Source: Haliotis rubra (lineage: Eukaryota). Taken from it: a stretch of DNA of 64,000 bases. Below, piece after piece: positions 61,298-64,000 of this stretch. Positions within the stretch are counted from its first letter, which is position 1. Every line of letters begins with the position of its first letter. Where the stretch lies: positions 1,984,001-2,048,000 of the forward strand of contig NW_025766447.1 of NCBI RefSeq assembly GCF_003918875.1, written 5' to 3'. The translations under genes were made by a program, and so were the position numbers. The notes beneath the pieces were generated by a model. That model worked only from the letters and a program-made list of their open reading frames with translations, did no database searches and was not told the origin of the DNA.

Positions 61298-64000
61298 GAT
61301 CCAGAACCAACTCTCCGCCCAGATACGATTGGTACTCCTCCAGGGAGTACACAAAGCGAAAATCAAGCTCCAGATAAACCGGATTCATTTGTTTTCTCGA
61401 CTGGAAATGCTACCCTATACACGCGAAGGAAACTTCCCCTCGCGGCTCCGTCGTGGGAGTTTACCAACGTCACCTACAACAGCGATGATGATGAAGGATC
61501 ACAGGATGATGATGAAGTGAAACCCCCCTGTTGACGAACATGCCCTTGATCTGTATGTCAATCGGATTCTTCTTTCGGCAACCATGAACGATGAGGGTGA
61601 CACTTTTGGAATTAGTGAGTAAACGTCTCTGTCATGTTATAATCATTTTAATTGCAGTTGAAAGAAATGTCGTGAAGAGCCTTTTTCGATACTTCATATC
61701 AGACTATATACATGTACTTGTGTTCATTCATTCTGTGAGAGAAAGAGATTGACATGACCGTATTGTTTCATGATCGGTTTCTCCAAACTCAGGTGATCCA
61801 TATGATGGTATCAGAGAGGAACCAACATATAAAGACAAGCCACTGTTGAAATCTGACAAGCAGGGCAGGAAGAAGAAGAAGAGTAGGAGAAGGTCAGATG
61901 GGAAGAATAATAAACCTACAGGAGAGGAAGTCGGGCCATTTCGCCTTCACCTTCCACCCGGGGACAGTTAAAGGATATGTTTCTGACGGACAGGCCTTAA
62001 TCTGTATGTCACTGGATATGTACAGGTATATATGATGATGTTAAAAATAATAGATGCAGATAGAAAAACAATAATGAACTTTTACCTAGGAGAATATTTT
62101 TAATACAAATGTGTGTTTTCAGACATACCCATACAAGCTTAAAATTGACAAGGACAATAATTTTGATCGCAGTACATCGCAAGCCTATGCACAGGATCCA
62201 CTTGCACAAAGCGATCTTAATTCAGTGATCGTAATTCGCACAACTGTCGCCGAGATGTATTTGTGCAAGTGGATCCAGAAAAGGAGCATATATGGATATC
62301 AGAAGGGGAAACAAATTTATCTCCTTGATATCTTTCTTTTCATAGCGCCATTGAGCAATATCTTTTGGAAATAGGCGCTCTATAAATCAATTATTATTAT
62401 TATTATTATTATTATACCCTTGACATCCAACATCACGTGTAAAGTAAGGGTAAAACAGGCTAAGACCCCCATGATGATCTTGTCATATAACAAATAACTG
62501 ATCAGTATGTAATGAAGCATACAACATTATGGATGACAACTTCTTGTTTATTGCAAAGAGCGACGTTCGTTGTAGATTGTTTGCTTGATAACTGTTTAGA
62601 ATCTACACCGAAACTACCATCGCTCTATGCAATGAACAAAAAGTTGTCATCCATAAAGTTGTACGGGCATTACGGACTCTCCAACTTCTGGAATGCCAAT
62701 GAAAGATCAACATTTGTAGACCTACAACGCAACATGGACGACCAATAAAGTTCAACTTTCTGTCCATGTGTCCAGGTCGACTGTGGTAGCGGAAGTGGAG
62801 TCCCGGGCACGCAACATGCACCAATACTTCGACTACGAGTTCCGACGGTACGACACGCTGAAGGTCAACGCTCTGAAGGATTGCTACCTCTGGCACGGTA
62901 TACGATTTGACGGATCACTCGTACAATACTTTAGTTTCAATGTTTTCGTACAGAGACCACGAGACCTTCTGAACGTATAATGCGAAAACAGATGGGACTG
63001 CGATATTTCTTTGAGTAGAGATTAAAATATTGGGTCTCAGTCAGTGTCTTAATGTTTGAAGCTTTTCTTACTGTGTATCATATGTAAACATGAGATAATG
63101 TATTGCTTACAGAAAAATCCAAGCAACTGGAGAAGATCATCGATATCAAGGAAGCCGAGATTTTAGAGTTACGATTTAAAAACGACATGCTGGATGCAAG
63201 GGTATGTTCTTGATTTGTATTGTTTCATATGTATAAAGAAACTATACTGAGTCAAAATAATAAACTTCACAATTTATATTTGTAAATAAAAATATGAATT
63301 GTTATATAAGACAGTTTTCGGGTATCATAATATTAATCACCAAGTACCGACTCAAGAAAACAGTCACCACAGCACATTGAAGTCAATCCAGACATCGTGC
63401 ACCCCACAACCCGTGAAGATCCGGGTTAGAATATTGATCTTCAGTAACCCATGCTTGTCGTAAGAGGCGACTAACGAGATCGGGTAGCCAGGCTCGCTGA
63501 CTTGATTGACACATGTCATCGGTTCCCACTTGCGTAGATCGATGCTCATGCTGTTGATCACTGGATTGTCTGGTACAGACTCGATTATTTACAGATCGTC
63601 ACCATATAGCTGGAATATTGCTGAGTGCGGCGTAAAACTAAACTCACTCACTCGTGCACCCATAATAGTGCTAAAACGTGTTTTGTACGTGCCACTGGTC
63701 ACGTGATCTTATCATTGCACGTGCATTCGATGGGACATGTTCCCATCAACTGTACAAAGTGAAAAGTCACTTTAGAGCACGAACAAGGACAGCCAATTCT
63801 TATGCCACGCCTTTCGAATTAATGTGCAGCCGTTGGCATGCTGGAAGCGGGAACGTCAGTAATAGGTGACGTTGCAGGAACAATAGGGTGCAGCTGTCCG
63901 ACTGTTCATGATTTACAGACTCGACTGAACAAACTGGCACCACTGCTCATCGCCCTAGGCCATGTCGACCACGTGTGGTGGGGCGCCACCATCCACTTTA
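61298..64000 (+). CDS. Partial uncharacterised protein with acidic, basic (NLS-like) and coiled-coil segments (exons ~61298-61614, 61793-61892, 62776-62897, 63113-63201, 63919->end)
   Basis: Phase-consistent GT-AG chain: ...NSDDDEGSQDDDEVK...MNDEGDTFGI|SDPYDGIREEP...GRKKKKSRR|RSTVVAEVESRARNMHQYFDYEFRRYDTLKVNALKDCYLWH|EKSKQLEKIIDIKEAEILELRFKNDMLDAR|TRLNKLAPLL... Start uncertain. Confidence 0.55.
63409..63652 (+). mobile_element. SINE-like family A copy (intronic, well preserved)
   Basis: ACCCGTGAAGATCCGGGTTAGAA...GCTGGAATATTGCTGAGTGCGGCGTAAAACTAAACTCACTCACTC. Confidence 0.85.

Overview
This is AT-rich, intron-containing animal genomic DNA, not prokaryotic. It is most likely a gastropod mollusc; the two SINE families resemble abalone/Haliotis-type SINEs (from memory, not searched). 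Six protein-coding genes can be built by hand from GT-AG exons: (1,2) two tandem paralogs on the minus strand encoding unrecognised ~117/120-aa secreted, helical, two-cysteine proteins (11236-14107; 16116-17151); (3) a plus-strand M28B metallopeptidase of the NAALADase/glutamate carboxypeptidase II family with 17 visible exons (22850-41035); (4) a minus-strand type-B carboxylesterase with an intact catalytic triad plus a TM helix and PDZ-type tail (43335-47344); (5) a small Cys-rich zinc-finger protein with a Lys-rich tail and a 15-nt microexon (53756-57970); (6) a partial plus-strand coiled-coil gene running off the right end. Mobile DNA comprises a full-length but dead Tc1 (DD34E) element, a probable EnSpm/CMC remnant, several MITEs, a LINE 3' fragment and about a dozen SINE copies. 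Roughly a quarter of the window is minisatellite. The most striking pattern is that several arrays were amplified from local functional sequence: two are tandem copies of an exon end plus its 5' splice site, a third starts exactly at a donor, one derives from a palindromic MITE and one from a SINE. In the NAALADase gene an expected exon is missing, yet the second donor in the array restores the reading frame. All gene models are manual and lack transcript support. Single-base frameshifts in homopolymers may be assembly errors.
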